In this document: positions 25,143 to 39,220 of the stretch, piece after piece
Position numbering within the stretch: the first letter of the stretch is position 1
Layout: each line of letters begins with the position of its first letter
Source of the DNA: Octopus vulgaris
Taxonomy: Eukaryota
Length of the DNA stretch: 64,000 nucleotides
Assembly: GCA_951406725.2 (NCBI GenBank)
Contig: OX597835.1
Span: forward strand, 31,930,001-31,994,000
Direction of reading: 5' to 3'
Notes under the pieces: generated by a model
The model's database searches: none
Seen by the model: the letters and a program-made list of their open reading frames with translations, nothing else
What the model was told of the DNA's origin: nothing
Program-made: the position numbers and the translations under genes

Positions 25143-25568
25143 TTTTTCTACTGTAGTTTTGAGATTTTGGAGAAGGAGGGAAAGTCGATTAGATCGACAC
25201 GAGCATGCAACTGATATTTTCTTTATCGATTCCTAAGAGATGAAAGGCAAAATCGACCTCGGTGGAATTTGAACTCAGAACATAAAGACAGACGAAACAC
25301 ACCCAAGCATTTCGCCCGGCCTGCTAACGTTTCTTATTTCTTTATTGCCCACAAGAGGCTAAACATAGAGGGGACACACAAGGGCAGACAAACGGATTAA
25401 GTCGAATACATCGACCACAGTGCGTAACTGGTACTTATTTTATCGACCCCGAAAGGATAAAAGGCAAAGTCGACATCGGCGGTATTTGAACCCAAGAACG
25501 TAGCGGCAGACGAAATACCACTAAGCATTTCGGCTGGTGTCCTAACGTCTCTGCCAGCTCGCCGCCTT
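25143..25568 (-). mobile_element. Dimer of SINE family B
   Basis: Two tandem units bounded by a single TSD gcgag(c)aaaataaag. Confidence 0.85.
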
Positions 25569-25717
25569 GCGAGAAAATAAAGAATTAAGAAATAAACGAA
25601 GTTGTATGCAAGTCACTTCCAGCGATGGAACGCCTGTAGGATGGAAAGGAATAAAAATGAAATTATTGGTTGTGAAATGAAATTATTTCAAATCTCAGAT
25701 AGTCAGTGTCTAAATCA

Positions 25718-26057
25718 TAAGCTTATTTGCAACCATACGGTTCCAGGTTCAGTTCATTTGCGTGGCACCGGAAGCAACTGTCTTCTACTATAGCCGCGAG
25801 CCGACCAAAGCCTAGAGTGTGGATTTGGTTGGTGGAAACTGAAAGAAGCCTGTCGTATATATATGTGTGTGTGTTTCTACTCAACAACTGCTTCACAACT
25901 GGTGTTTATTTGTTTATCTCCTCGTGACTTAGCGGTTCGGGAATAAGAGACTGATCGAATAAGTACTAGGCTTACAAATAATAAGTCCTGGGGTCGACTT
26001 CCTCGTCTAAAGGCGGTACTCCAGCATGGCAGCAATCAAATGATTGAAACAAATAAA
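25718..26057 (+). mobile_element. SINE family A
   Basis: Homologous to 2262-2735. Confidence 0.8.
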
Positions 26058-26077
26058 ATATATATATATATATATTT

Positions 26078-26114
<37 letters not shown>

Positions 26115-27027
26115 AAATTTTAAAAAATGACCACTAAAAGTGGACGGTCAATATGCTAGATATAGACGTCAAAATCGCTGTCCTTTAAATTTTGTATGTA
26201 AAAATTATTTTAATCTTCAGATTTTTTTAATATGCTAGGCCACTGGTTTTAATTGATTAATATGAAATTCTACTCTTATTCAATTTATATATATATATAT
26301 ATATATATATATCATTTACTGTTCCGTTATTGGCGGGTTAACAAAAGAAGGATCCCATCCATTGAAAGATAATTATCATTTATTATAAACTCTATTTAAG
26401 TTTGGGCAACTAATAGTTTCTTTCTGTGGAAACACTATAATTTGACAGGCTGGCTTAGCGTGTCATGTGCTTCCTAGCAAACTTTCTGACTCAAATATAC
26501 AACGTGTGTGGTCTTCTGAGGAAAAACGAGAAAGAACGAGCGTCTTTCAAAAAAAAATATCAAAAATAAGAAAGTACAAGAGGAAGATAGCAAAAAAAGT
26601 AGAATGAGAATAAAAATTAACAGTTGACTCCCTTTAGTCCGTTCAGTCAGCATTAAGAGGGTTGGTGTAAGTGAATTCACCAAGGAGAAAGTCAAAGTTG
26701 GTGAGACCGCATGCTGAATCAGGCGACGTTGGTGTCGTAGTGTTCAACTAAAGAAATTTGTCCATGTGTTTACATTTTCTAAAGATTTCAGATACAGCGT
26801 TTAGTAGGTCAGTCGATTTCTTATATGTAAAAAGTGTAAGAGATGTCCCGACTAAACAAAGCCAACATTTCTTTGATGCTTTAACATATGCATGCATATA
26901 GCGTAATCATCCATTCCTCAATCCCTCAGTCTTACACATACACACATACATACATACATACATACATACATACATACATACATACATACATGCATGCATA
27001 CATACATACATACATACATACATACAT

Positions 27028-27478
27028 GTGGTGGCTGCTCCCTCGTTATCGAGTATGACCGAAAGTTAATCAAGGTTGTTATCGTGCAATGCCTGTGCAA
27101 GAAGATATTTTTTAAAGTAAGGAAAGGCTGTGCACTGAGTCAATCTAACTCACTAAGCAACAGCAGCCATAATCCGGAAAGAAGAACAAGTCAACATCAT
27201 CGGTAACCACTGAGCCACAGGTTTTATATCGGTGTTATCCCAGTTACCTGAGTTACCTTCTCCTACAAGGATGCCCTAACAAAAGCTAGAAGTCCTTCAC
27301 TCCCAATGGTTTAACCGCTTGATCGCGTAGTCAGTCCGATTATTTCTATGTCCCCGCGCATGATACGACCTTAAGACATTTATTGGATGGCCGTTGACTC
27401 TGAAGAGTTCCTCCGCTCTTTGACGGGTTTTGTTTTTCATCCCGCAGGGTGTCCAATAAACACCCTCCTCACCAAGCA
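27028..27478 (-). mobile_element. (TATG)n-associated retroposon, copy 3
   Basis: Reverse homologue of 8345-8800, with its 3' end abutting (CATA)n. Confidence 0.85.
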
Positions 27479-27480
27479 AA

Positions 27481-28335
27481 CTGATGAAAATGGGTGAAGC
27501 ACCTAGCTAGGACAGTATAACATCCGAAATGCTGCAGCTGTTTTAATCCTCGAACATAAGAGAAGGGCGAATAGCCTCTCAATGGAGGGAGTCAAACACT
27601 CTTAAACAATCACTCAATATGCTTCGATTTATGAAGAGAACTGTGAGCCGATTATCGCAACAGCATCCAAGAGAACAGGTGAGCTTTAGGAAGAACTTTT
27701 GCACTATGGATGGCATAGTCTCTCTGAAGCCTAACTGGTACCTGGGACGGACTCCTGGTTGCCTCTGTGCGTCGCGTTCGTCGCTTACAGAATGCCTTCG
27801 ACGGTTTTGAGATCAATGTGATGCTACAATCCCTCCAGAATCAAGATGTTAATGCACAGTGCACGAACCTCCTTAGGGAAGCAAATTCGGGATGCACTAC
27901 GCAATGGTTTTGTTATCAGCACCTGCGCGTATCATGATCGATACGTGAGTTAAATAAGGGAATACCTATTTCTTTACTACCCACAAGGGGCTAAACACAG
28001 AGAGGACAAACAAAGGCCAAAGGGATTAAATCGATTATATCGACCCCAGTGTGTAACTGATAATTATTTAATCAATCCCGAAAGGATGAATGGCAAAGTC
28101 GCTAGGCGTGCAAATTAAGGGAATATAATCTGAAGTTCTTCGCGTATGTCTCGAAACGGTCATCGGAGACATCGACTAGGACTACAGCGTGTTATTCGTC
28201 GGTGAGCTGATCACCCATCACCAGTTTGCTGATGACATTACGCTCACTGCAGGAAGTACTAGACAGCTAAAGACCATGCAGAACACCAGAATTTAGGCGA
28301 CCGGCCTGAGGATGAATCGGGCAAAAACAAAGTAC
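27481..28335 (+). mobile_element. Degenerate RTE-clade LINE reverse transcriptase fragment
   Basis: MKMGEAPS*DSITSEML; PREQVSFRKNFCTMD; ITHHQFADDITL; GLRMNRAKTK. Interrupted by a SINE. Confidence 0.8.
27962..28101 (-). mobile_element. 5'-truncated SINE family B
   Basis: Family B 3' end with TSD-like taagggaata. Confidence 0.85.
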
Positions 28336-28832
28336 GCAATTGATTTATTTGTTAAACCAATTACGCCCGATGATAGGAATGACTGAGTTGTCGTTGGAAA
28401 ATAATAAATGGGACTTTATACTAATAGGATAATGCAGTTTATTATAATATAGTTAGGGATTTGTATATTGGTCGAAAATAGATTTAAAATCCCAAAGATA
28501 ATCTTAAAAATAGAACACAAAATTCATTTGAAAATTACAATCCTTCTGAAAAATATATAAAAAATATCAAAAAGAAAAATGACTGCTATAGTTCTGAAGT
28601 GGTCATTAAGTTTTGAAAATGAATTATAAGAAAAAAATTCGATATCTATTCCACTTCTTAATATCACTTTAAGGAATGAATTTTGCGATAAAATTGCTTA
28701 TATATAAATTTGTCTTTCTTGAAAAACGTTAATGACGATTTTACAGTTATGCTATCAAGCGGGTTTTAAATCTAATCCTATTCACGCGATGAATTCTATA
28801 GAGATGTGATAAATATAATTTGTTGAATAATG

Positions 28833-29040
28833 TCGGTTTCAAATTTTGGCACAAGGCTAGCAAGTTCGGGGGTGAGGATAAGTAGATAGCATCGACCCCA
28901 ATGCTCAACTAGTGCTTATTTTAACAACTCCGGTAGGCAAAAACCATCTTCGACGGTATTTAAACTCAGAACATTAAGACGGACGAAATATCGCTAAACA
29001 TTTTCCCTGGCGTGCTAACTGTTTGCCCAGCTCACCGCTT
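28833..29040 (-). mobile_element. SINE family B variant
   Basis: aaattttggcacaaggc...ccagctcaccgc. TSD tgttgaat(a/g)at. Confidence 0.8.
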
Positions 29041-30449
29041 TTATCTGTTGAATGATATTAGAATCCTTTAAAAGACATCGAAGCGGTACATGAAATGTAT
29101 AAAATTACGTTTTAAGAAACATTGAAATTTCTAAGAATGAAGTAAAGTTTAAGCAAATTCCATTGACTACAATGTGTAAAGGAAACCTCCAATAGTCTAC
29201 AGTAGACCATATATAAATATAAGATATACCACATAGCAAATTTAGAATCAAGCGAAGTTTGTTCGCACTATACATCTTATTCAGCATCCAGCCACAAGCG
29301 TAAGGAGTGAGAAAAAAGTCTATAGTACCATATCTTGTGCTGCTTTGATGCAAAAAATGCCCCAGTGCTTAATGAAACACAAACCATAAAAAGGAAATGT
29401 TTCCATTCCGGTATACCAAATAATCTATGTACTTTGGATTCGGCCAATCCTGGAACTAAGAAATAGATTACATTCATCCAGTCGTCCATCCATTCCGGGA
29501 AGGGCTGTTGGACTACAGTACTCAGACACATCCTGCATAAGGTCAAATTAAAAGCAACCCTCATTACACACACTTGCTGGATACCCAACTACGACCAACA
29601 AAGACTATGGATTTTATTTAACTATCTCGTTCTGAGTCTACCCTTTACACTATAGCCGGTCGGCTCACCTTGAATAATTTTGCGATCCTTCCTTGTGACC
29701 TTCTAAATATATGTCCATATTTCTGGAGCTTTAACCTCTCAATCCAGAAAATAAGGGACTCGACCAGGAAGGACTCCCTTATCTCCGAGCTACCTGTAGA
29801 GTAATGTTACTCCAGATATCCTTCAGATAAATCCCCTTTCGGCTACTTGTATGATTGTTCGTACACTTTTGGTCCTTGCTTAATATTCATCGTCACAACT
29901 ATGCAACATTGGATTTTTTTTTATTTAATTGTGACTTGTGATTTTCAAATGTCATTTTCCAAACTGATGAGAACAGCTGATAACCTGAATAATAACAATT
30001 TTTCACTATATAAAATATCAATTAAGAACCATAACTACCATTGCTGAAAGTGCAATGATATCCAAAGAGTTATTGAAACGTGGAATTTTCTGAGAACAAT
30101 ACATGCAAGAATCAGATATTGCTGACAGATGCAGCATTTTTGCCATTTGGTGGCAATCCCCTGTCTGCAGTATTATTATTACCAAATGACAGTCTTTAAT
30201 TCCTACTTCGTGCGGATGCATTATATGAACGCCGTATTAGTATGATAGAGAATTTCTCGGGACAAATGTCACAGTATCACGGTGCTCTTATAATACATTC
30301 CCGTTAAGTAGGATAATAAAACCTGCCATTCAATAAAAGCAATTTATCATATTCCATTTGGCTACAGTAACACCACGATTTCTCATACACACATTTAAAT
30401 ATACTGAAGTTTGAGAACAAGAGAAATTTAGATCTTGATCTTCTTGTAA

Positions 30450-30772
30450 CGGGCCCCCATCTGTCCCCCGAATGACCATGGGATTGCACCCAGAAAGTTA
30501 CCCTCCGAAGCGCAAGTCCAGGTAAGGTTGTTTATGGAAGACCAGCGGCCGCCTATGTATACCAGCTACCCATGTTATTATCCAAAGGAAAGGCAAAGGT
30601 CGATACAGCTTGGCAATAGTGACGTCGCAACTCATTTCTACAGCTGAGTGAACTGGAGCAACTTGAAATAAAGTGTCTTGCTCAAGAACACAACATACAA
30701 CCCGGTCTAGGTACAGAGCTCACAAACTCACAACTGTAACTCCAACGCTCTAAACGCTAAGGAATGTGCCTT
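30450..30772 (-). mobile_element. CORE-like SINE (family C related, different 3' end)
   Basis: cagctgagtgaactggagcaa..gaaataaagtgtcttgctcaagaacacaac shared with 714-780. Confidence 0.8.
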
Positions 30773-30949
30773 CTAATCCAAGTAACAACGCGTGACCCAG
30801 TGGCCAGTGTTGCACACACGATCTCCCGATTGCGATTTGGTACTGTCGTCTTGTTTTGGGAAGATATTACGACCTCGGTTACTTATATATCTTGAGAACC
30901 GAGTATCCGGTTTGCGAGTCGCAGGACTCGAGACAGTAATGCCCAGTCG

Positions 30950-30950
30950 T

Positions 30951-30992
<42 letters not shown>

Positions 30993-32209
30993 CAACGACA
31001 ACGAGGACAACGACGACGACGACGAAGATGATGATAATGACGATGATGACGACATGGACGACGACGACGGCAATGATGATGATAATGATAACGATGATGA
31101 TGATGGTCTCTGATCCAATAGGACACACAACTTCATGTTTATCAAGCACAGACTTCCTCTCACCATTTACACATTTATTCGCCCATCGCCCCTCTCATAA
31201 TCCAGCTCATCCACCCATCCACCCATCCACCCATCCACCCATTCATTCTATCCATTATTTCATCATCCACTCAGTTATATCTCCAACTGTCCACTTGATC
31301 ATTCATCTACCCATCCATGCCACAGTTACCTTATCCATTCCCCCATCATCCACCCGGATTCCCACCTAACTTTCAATCTGACCATCAACCCACCCATTCA
31401 TTCCACAAATATTGTATTTTTTCCGTCATCACCCACCCAGCTATGTCACCAACTGCCCATCTGGCCATCCATCCATTAACCCATCCATCCCACATTTATT
31501 CTAACCATTTCAACATCATCCACCCAGCCGTCTCACCAAACTCTTCCTCTGACCTTCCATTCACCCACCCATGCATCCATTCATCATATATAACCTCGTT
31601 AATGCGCAAAAAGCATTTGTCCTAAGCATTACAGGTAACCCGAGGTGTGTACCCGACTTCGTGTCCTCTCCTGAGGCTGCTTGCTATTTCGACGTGTATT
31701 TATTAGATCTTATATTTTCAAAGGGTGCTTCAGGTTTGATTTCGCAGACTCATTTCTGTACATTCTACCCGCCTTATAATTTACCCTTTTCATGCTCCCA
31801 CGCATCTCTCCATCATGGGTATTACAAAGAATATGTAGTTATTCTCATCTTTATCAAAATTATCATGAATTTCATCAATACCATTAATACCATTATCTCC
31901 ATCACAAACTTCTGTTCTCTTCATCATCATAATCATTAACACCACCACAAATACCACTATCACCACCACCACCACCACCATCACCACCACTCCCACCATT
32001 GTCGACATCATTTTTTCTTCCACATGATCCTCAGCAGCAGCAGTAGCAGTAGCAGCAGCAGTATTTTTAAAGCCACCGCCATCACACCCACCGTCACATT
32101 CTCCTCATCATTATCACCTCGGTCATCGCCACCGGTACCACCATCGTCTCATCGACATTCATAATTAACTACCTATCACGTCCATCATCATTACTATCAT
32201 CAATGTCAC

Positions 32210-32243
<34 letters not shown>

Positions 32244-32625
32244 TTCATCATCATCACCATCATCATAATCATCATCATCATCGTCATAATCATAATCATC
32301 ATCACCATCATCATAATCATCATCATCATCATCATTATCATAATAATAATAATCATCTTCGTCATCATCACCACGACGACCACCACCATCATCATCATCA
32401 CAACCATTATCATCAGCATAGACATCATCATCATCAACACAAGCATCATCATCATAGCCATCATCATCATCATCATCACCATCATTGTCGTCATCATCAT
32501 CATCATCATCATAATCATCATCAACATCATCATCACCATCATCATCATCACCATTGCCATCATACTCATCATTATCATCATCATCACCATCATCATCACT
32601 ATAGCTGTCTTCATTACGCTCACTA
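30950..32625. repeat. (GAT/GAC)n, degenerate (CCAT)n and (CAT/CAC)n tracts
   Basis: Directly visible. Source of the poly-Met/His/Ser ORFs. Confidence 0.85.
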
Positions 32626-33149
32626 CTCAGAATTGCTGATCATTAAATGTGATTAAATGTTCCGCTCTGTTATCTTGTTTTTTTCTTCTTCTTCTTCCCC
32701 TCAAGTGACAATACAATAACCATTCCATTGAACATGCGCATGATCCAGTTACGACTGCTCTCTACCGTCATTAATGAGAGAATGTTAAATAATAATAATA
32801 ATTACTATAGATCGATAGGTAAGTTTATACTATGTTAAGCTTTTCCCACAAAAGTGTCATAGCGGTGCTTCCACTGGTCGCACATTAAAACTCATTAGTC
32901 TAACTGAAAGCAAATCTCATTGTCAGATTTTGTTATGTAAGTTAATACATGGCTTCATAATATTAATGATGCAATATGCACAACAGAAAGAACCATCAAT
33001 ACTGTATGTATGTATGTATGTATGTATGTATGTATGTATGTATGTATGTATGTATGTATGTATGTACGTATGACTTTACATATGTGTGGTTGGTTGGATA
33101 GATAGATTTTATGCATGTGTGTATGTATGTATATATGTATTATTATTAC

Positions 33150-33228
<79 letters not shown>

Positions 33229-33680
33229 GAGTGAGAGAGCAGTGCATGTTTTCAAAGTGACACTGGGGTAAAATATACGAAGCCCAGTTTACCCATCATG
33301 ACTACCCGTCTGATAAGGGTACACCAGGCACATGCATCACAACCATATGTGCGCGACATGGTGATCTCATATCAAGGTAAACAGCGTATGACCTTGCAGG
33401 TGGGGCCCAGTTAGAATTTTCTTCCGGTCGAGTGGTCCGTCCAACTCAAAAGATAGCTGAATAAGTGTTGTTTATGGCTGTTGAACGAAACACCCATGTT
33501 TACAAAGGTGAATTAGCCAAACCCTAAAATTATTCCTCTCAACACATGGCTATGATTGTCCACAACAATGACTGCTGGAGCTCAGAGATGCACATCTCGT
33601 CAGGCGCTAATGAGCATGCTCGACTGGCTAGGATCAAAGAACTGACGAACAAATCTGTGGTATTGCTGTAGACCATCTTT
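33229..33680 (-). mobile_element. Non-coding retroposon 3' segment ending in (TAA)n
   Basis: Abuts (ATT)n. The terminus ga(g/a)tgagagagcag recurs at about 34572 next to another ATT/GTT tract. Confidence 0.5.
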
Positions 33681-33801
33681 TATACCAAAACAAAAAGTCT
33701 TGGTATAGCACTTCCAATCGGGAGCCATGAGAGCCGTGAGAGCCGCTGCGTGGTACTCTTTATTATTATTACTATTATTTTTATTATTTTTATTATTATT
33801 A

Positions 33802-33923
<122 letters not shown>

Positions 33924-33964
33924 GGTGGTGGTAGTAGAAGTAGTTGTTGTAGTAGTAGTTGTTG

Positions 33965-34011
<47 letters not shown>

Positions 34012-34019
34012 AGTGAACT

Positions 34020-34430
34020 AAGGTAATACCTCTTATTTTTCGAGCACCTTCCGGGGTATTCGAGCGGTTCGAAGCAGTGCTGATTACTGCATGTGTCTCC
34101 ATCCTTATTGCAGCCCCTATTTGTTCCATTCTACGGGGTTGCTCAGGTAGTAACACTCCATAACCACAGCATTGACTTGTTTATTCCACTTACGCCGAGT
34201 CTGCTGGTCTATTGTTGGATAACGACACGCTGGAGTTGGGCCAGTATCTCTGAGCCTGCCGAGTGCAAAACTGTCACCGCCAAGGACCTCAGTTTCATTA
34301 CCACAGTTATTCACAATATTTTGTCTTTTCATTGTCACTCATATGAGGTAGCGATTATCAGATTGCGCAATTACCAGCGTTTTTTATTGTGATACCATCA
34401 CGAGATGTATCATGAATCAGGACATGGGAG
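34020..34430 (-). mobile_element. Internally deleted Dong/R4-clade non-LTR element
   Basis: N-terminal motif RRKWNKQVNAVVMECYYLSNP joined directly to C-terminal HMQ*SALLRTARIPRKVLE. Lies among (TAA)n tracts. Confidence 0.7.
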
Positions 34431-34434
34431 ATTG

Positions 34435-34501
<67 letters not shown>

Positions 34502-34529
34502 CATTATTATTGTTATTGTTGTTGTTGTT

Positions 34530-34563
<34 letters not shown>

Positions 34564-34705
34564 TTATTATTGAATGAGAGAGCAGCACCTTCCAACAAAA
34601 AGAAATTAAATATCCGCTGGGTTCGATTTTGTGTTACTAAAGCGTTCAAAAGATGAAACCTAACCAAAATGTTTAATTATAAGCATTAAAACATTAAAGA
34701 TATAT

Positions 34706-35054
34706 ACTCTTTTACTTGTTTCAATTTTGACTGCAATCATGCTGGAGCACCGCCTTTAGTGGAGCAAATCGACCCCAGGACTTATTCTTTGTAAGCCTAG
34801 TACTTATTCTATCGGTTTATTTTGTCGAATCGCTAAGTTACGGGGACGTAAACACACCAGCATCGGTTGTCAACACAAACACACATACATATACTTATAC
34901 GTATATACGAAGGGCTTCTTTCAGTTTCCGTCTGCCAAATCCACTCAGAAGACTTTGGTCGGCCCGAGGCTATAGTGTAAGACACTTGCCCAAAGTGCCA
35001 CGCAGCGGGACTGATCCCGGAACCATGTGGTTTGTAAGCAAGCTACTTACCACG
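34706..35054 (-). mobile_element. SINE family A
   Basis: Homologous to 44331-44780. Confidence 0.9.
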
Positions 35055-35069
35055 GTGACTCAAACAGAT

Positions 35070-35215
35070 GTTGGTTTCAAATTTTGGCACTAGGCCAGCA
35101 ATTTCGGGGAAGGAGTTAAGTAAAGTACATTGACCACAATGTTGAAGTGGTATTTGTTTTATCGACCCAGAATGGATGAAATACGAGGTCGACCTCAGCG
35201 TAATTTGGACCCAAG
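35070..35215 (-). mobile_element. SINE family B fragment
   Basis: aaattttggcactaggccagcaatttcgggg...gtcgacctcagc. Confidence 0.75.
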
Positions 35216-36127
35216 ATACCTAAATAGAGCTATACATAAAAAGATATTAAGCTAGATACAGGAATATTCCATGAACAGCGATACAACGACGTGGAAACCT
35301 TATTAAAGCGTTCTCACAATGATCATGATCATGTTTACGTATGTTTTCTAAGATTTACCTATGTCTCTTCCAAGAACACAAATTCCATTTTATTTCTCAA
35401 ATGATAAATAATAACGATAATAATAATAATAAAAACTAATAAATATTAACGATAATGATTCTAATAAATACTGCTGAAAATCCACTTTGAATAATATGTA
35501 AATATTTTGCATACTGGCATATATTACTTTACAGCTATCTGATAGCATTCGTTTAGGATTATCCTCGTCGAAGTTGTTCTATGTAGAATAGACTTAATTA
35601 CTAAGATAAATGTTTCAACGCATTGTCGTATATTTCCATAAAGTAAAATAGCTGTATTGTTAGCACATCCTGAGCACATTAGAGACAGTAAAACTAATAG
35701 CACTAATAACAGCAACAACAATTACAACAACTAGTTGAACGGTAACGGCAACAAGAGAATATGTGCTATTGTATAAATATATATTAGGTTTAATGAAATT
35801 TACATATATAATACTAAATAGTAAGGTGATATATTTAAATGCTATGGTAGTTTTGTCCTGTATTATTCTAATGGCAATACTGTAGAGCGATATCAGAACA
35901 AATCCTCGTTATTATTGTCATCTTCCATTAAAATATCATTGATTGTTATATCACTGAGGTATGTTATCTTATATAGATAAGATGATATCTTTCTTATATA
36001 TATATAACACATGGTTTGATATAGGATTCCGGCCTTTTGGCTTGAGTATTTCTGAGTAAATATGCGGGTGCATCTATCCATCATCGTGCCTCATTAACAC
36101 ACACTTACAAACACACACACACGCACG

Positions 36128-36168
<41 letters not shown>

Positions 36169-36249
36169 ATACAAATACGTATATTCACAGACGCTAAGAC
36201 ATACATCTATTAACACTATATATTTTCTTCATTTCTTAAGAACTCACAC

Positions 36250-36480
36250 ATTTGTATTCTGTCCTTAATTCCATGCATCTTAAATAACAGATCACGCAGT
36301 CTATAAATTCGGTTGGGTAGTGTTGATCCAACAACGTACAGTACGTCTCGAATCTGGAGCCCTCTGATTACCAAATGTACAGCTCAAGGAAAAAACACCT
36401 TCCAGAAACCATTTCAGGACACAGAGAAGTCGAAGATATTTTTTATGGAGTCAGGAGAATGGTGTGCACTCGAAGCTTTT
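36250..36480 (+). mobile_element. Highly decayed mariner transposase C-terminal fragment
   Basis: FGWVVLIQQ..YS...LEPSDY resembles the P.YSPDLAPSDY motif. Confidence 0.5.
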
Positions 36481-36530
36481 TGAAAGTAGATTCGAGTGTT
36501 AGTCGAGATATTGCTCAAATACACACACAC

Positions 36531-36561
<31 letters not shown>

Positions 36562-36747
36562 TTAATACTTTTTGATAGTTATATATATTTAATTAATGAA
36601 TAATAAAACAAAAATAAAAAAATAAAAATTTATAAATATAAATATAAATTAATAATTTTAATTTTAAATTTAAATAATTAAATTTTTTTAATTTTTTAAT
36701 GTTTTTCACTGTTTGATTTGCCTAATAGTGGTTTTATCTTTAATTTA

Positions 36748-36818
<71 letters not shown>

Positions 36819-36821
<3 letters not shown>

Positions 36822-37447
36822 GGAGCCTAACGTGTTTGAGGACATACCGTTTTGGAGTCATTTTTGCATATTTTGCTAACTCTGCATAATCTTTGTTTCA
36901 GAAACTAAAAATGCCAGACGGTCAGCTTACTTAAGAAATGAAGAGGCATGTTGCTATTGTGGTCATAATGGCTGACCATAGCGATTTAGAAATATCTCGA
37001 TTTTTAAACGTTGCAAAATCTTTTGCCTACAAAGTTTGTAAGGAACTAGAGACTGAAGATGGAAACGTATCACCAGTATCAAAGCATAAAAAACATTCTA
37101 AATGCTCTGAAATCATCAGAACAACTGGATTTATCCAACAGGTTCAACAGACCTTTGATCACAATCCCAGAAACTCCATGCGGTCAATTGCAAAAAATCT
37201 CCATGTGTCAGAAGTAACAGTTAGAAATGTTGTCCACGAAGACATCAGATATAAGTCTTATATGATGAGGAAAAGTCAATTTATGTTAGAAAAAGCAAAA
37301 GCAAATCACTATATCAGATTTAAAAGTCTTTTAAACAAACTGAAAAATCCAGCAGAAGTATTTATTTGATTTTTATCAAACGAGAAATACTTCGACCAAG
37401 ATCGAAATGTTTACAGAAGAAATGACAGATGGTTATGTGCAGACACT
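36819..37447 (+). mobile_element. Tc1/mariner (maT/DD37D-like) transposon 5' part; truncated transposase 36938-37369
   Basis: TA|CAGGG start. HTH-type N-terminus NPRNSMRSIAKNLHVSEVTVRNVVHEDIRYKSY, continuing FLSNEKYF...NDRW. Truncated by a PLE. Confidence 0.85.
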
Positions 37448-37719
37448 AATGTTGACATCTTTAACAAAAAAGCTGAATTTTATAACGCCGCCTTGTCAAA
37501 AGCCGGTTATAGAAATAAATATCATACATCGACCCAGCCCATTCTAATGCAATATATATTTCCCAGAATAAGAAAACTAATAACAATAGAAATAGTGAGA
37601 ATAATGGCTTTAGTTCTAACTACGTCGGCACCTCTGTACATAAGAGAAATAATTTACGGACCTGAGGTGGCAATCAAAACCCAACCCCAAATTTACACCA
37701 CAGAAATTTTCCCTTTACT

Positions 37720-38181
37720 GTGAATAGTAACACTATGAGCAATTTTAAATCTACAAAAAACTCTATCTGGTTTGTTATACTTTTCGGAAAACAAATCAAA
37801 TCGAACCTTCCTTTACATTTCCGTGAAGCCGTGGCTAGGAACTTTCCCAGGAATTCTAGGTATTATTCTATTATAAATTCACATAAGGTGAGAATTGCAT
37901 TCTCTAACACTAGAAATATTTCACAAATCATCGCTTCCCATAATAACAAGCTGCTAAACAAATATTCTTCACCCGGAAGATCCAACACTATTCTTATCAA
38001 TTCCAACCAAACATACAATAATAATAATAGAAATAGTATTGATAGTAGCAACATTCGTAGCAACGTTAGTGTTAGCAATGATAGTATTAATAATAGCATT
38101 AGTCGGGTTAATAACAATGGTAGTGTTGATGGTATCAACAACAACATTTCTATTGCCAGGAATATTGCCGGTTGTAATACA

Positions 38182-38255
<74 letters not shown>

Positions 38256-38721
38256 TAATAGAAATAGTGTACTGGTTAGTACTAGCAGTAATATAAACAG
38301 CAATCATATCAATAATAACTCAGTCTTGATCTCGGAAATAAACCCTAACAGATTAAGGTTCTTGTCCAGTAACTCCAAAATTAAAAATTCCATTTACCAA
38401 TGTAGAATTTCTACCGGTACCGATGTCTTCTTCTATATTGGTGCAACAACTTCCATATTATCTCAGAGAATTTCTAATCATTATTCAACGTTCCGAGATA
38501 AGAGAAAACAACAAAGTACAGGACTAAGTAAATTAGTTTGGCGTCTTAAGGACAACAATATAACTTTCAAGCTGGATTGGTCCATATTGTCTGTATCCTT
38601 TCCTTTTAATAAGGGCAGGAAATTTTGCGGAATTTGTAATTCCGAGCTCTTCTATATCATTTTCGCCAGGTTCCCCAAGTGTAAGCACTGGCAAAAACAC
38701 ACTTTCCATTCATATAAATGA
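37720..38721 (+). pseudogene. PLE ORF fragment (RT thumb, linker and GIY-YIG endonuclease)
   Basis: 333-aa ORF in the track with GIY-YIG motif IYQ...YIG. The RT core is missing. Confidence 0.85.
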
Positions 38722-39220
38722 TAAATAATATAGATAGCTTCTCTGTTTTAGTAATTAATTTCACGTCTCTTTTATGCCTACTCCGTTACATAAAACAATA
38801 ATACTAAATGTCACTGGCGTATGTTTATCTCTTCTTCTCTACCTCTCCCTCTCTCTCTCCCTCTCTATCTCTGTCATACGCTCAATCAAACACACAGACA
38901 CCAATTTCTCACCTTACTGCTATATTTATTTGACAACTGTCCCCAACACACACATATACATAGACATAAATGCAGTTATATACACACACTCATACACACA
39001 CATAAGCAATAAAACTCATTAACCAGAGCAAACACCCCCGCATCCACATACATACAGCATGCATACTGTCCCCTTCTTATTTTCATAACTTCCTCTTCCA
39101 AACAATTTTGACGTCATTGCTTATGACGGATTTTTAAAAACACTCATTATCACTGTGAACACCATGTAGGAAGCCATAAAAAAGTTTTTGTCCGTCGTGA
39201 GGCTGATAGAGATTCCTTGT

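Noticed and set aside
29100-29860. Non-repetitive-looking segment as a gene or LINE
   Set aside because: No long ORF or recognisable motif.
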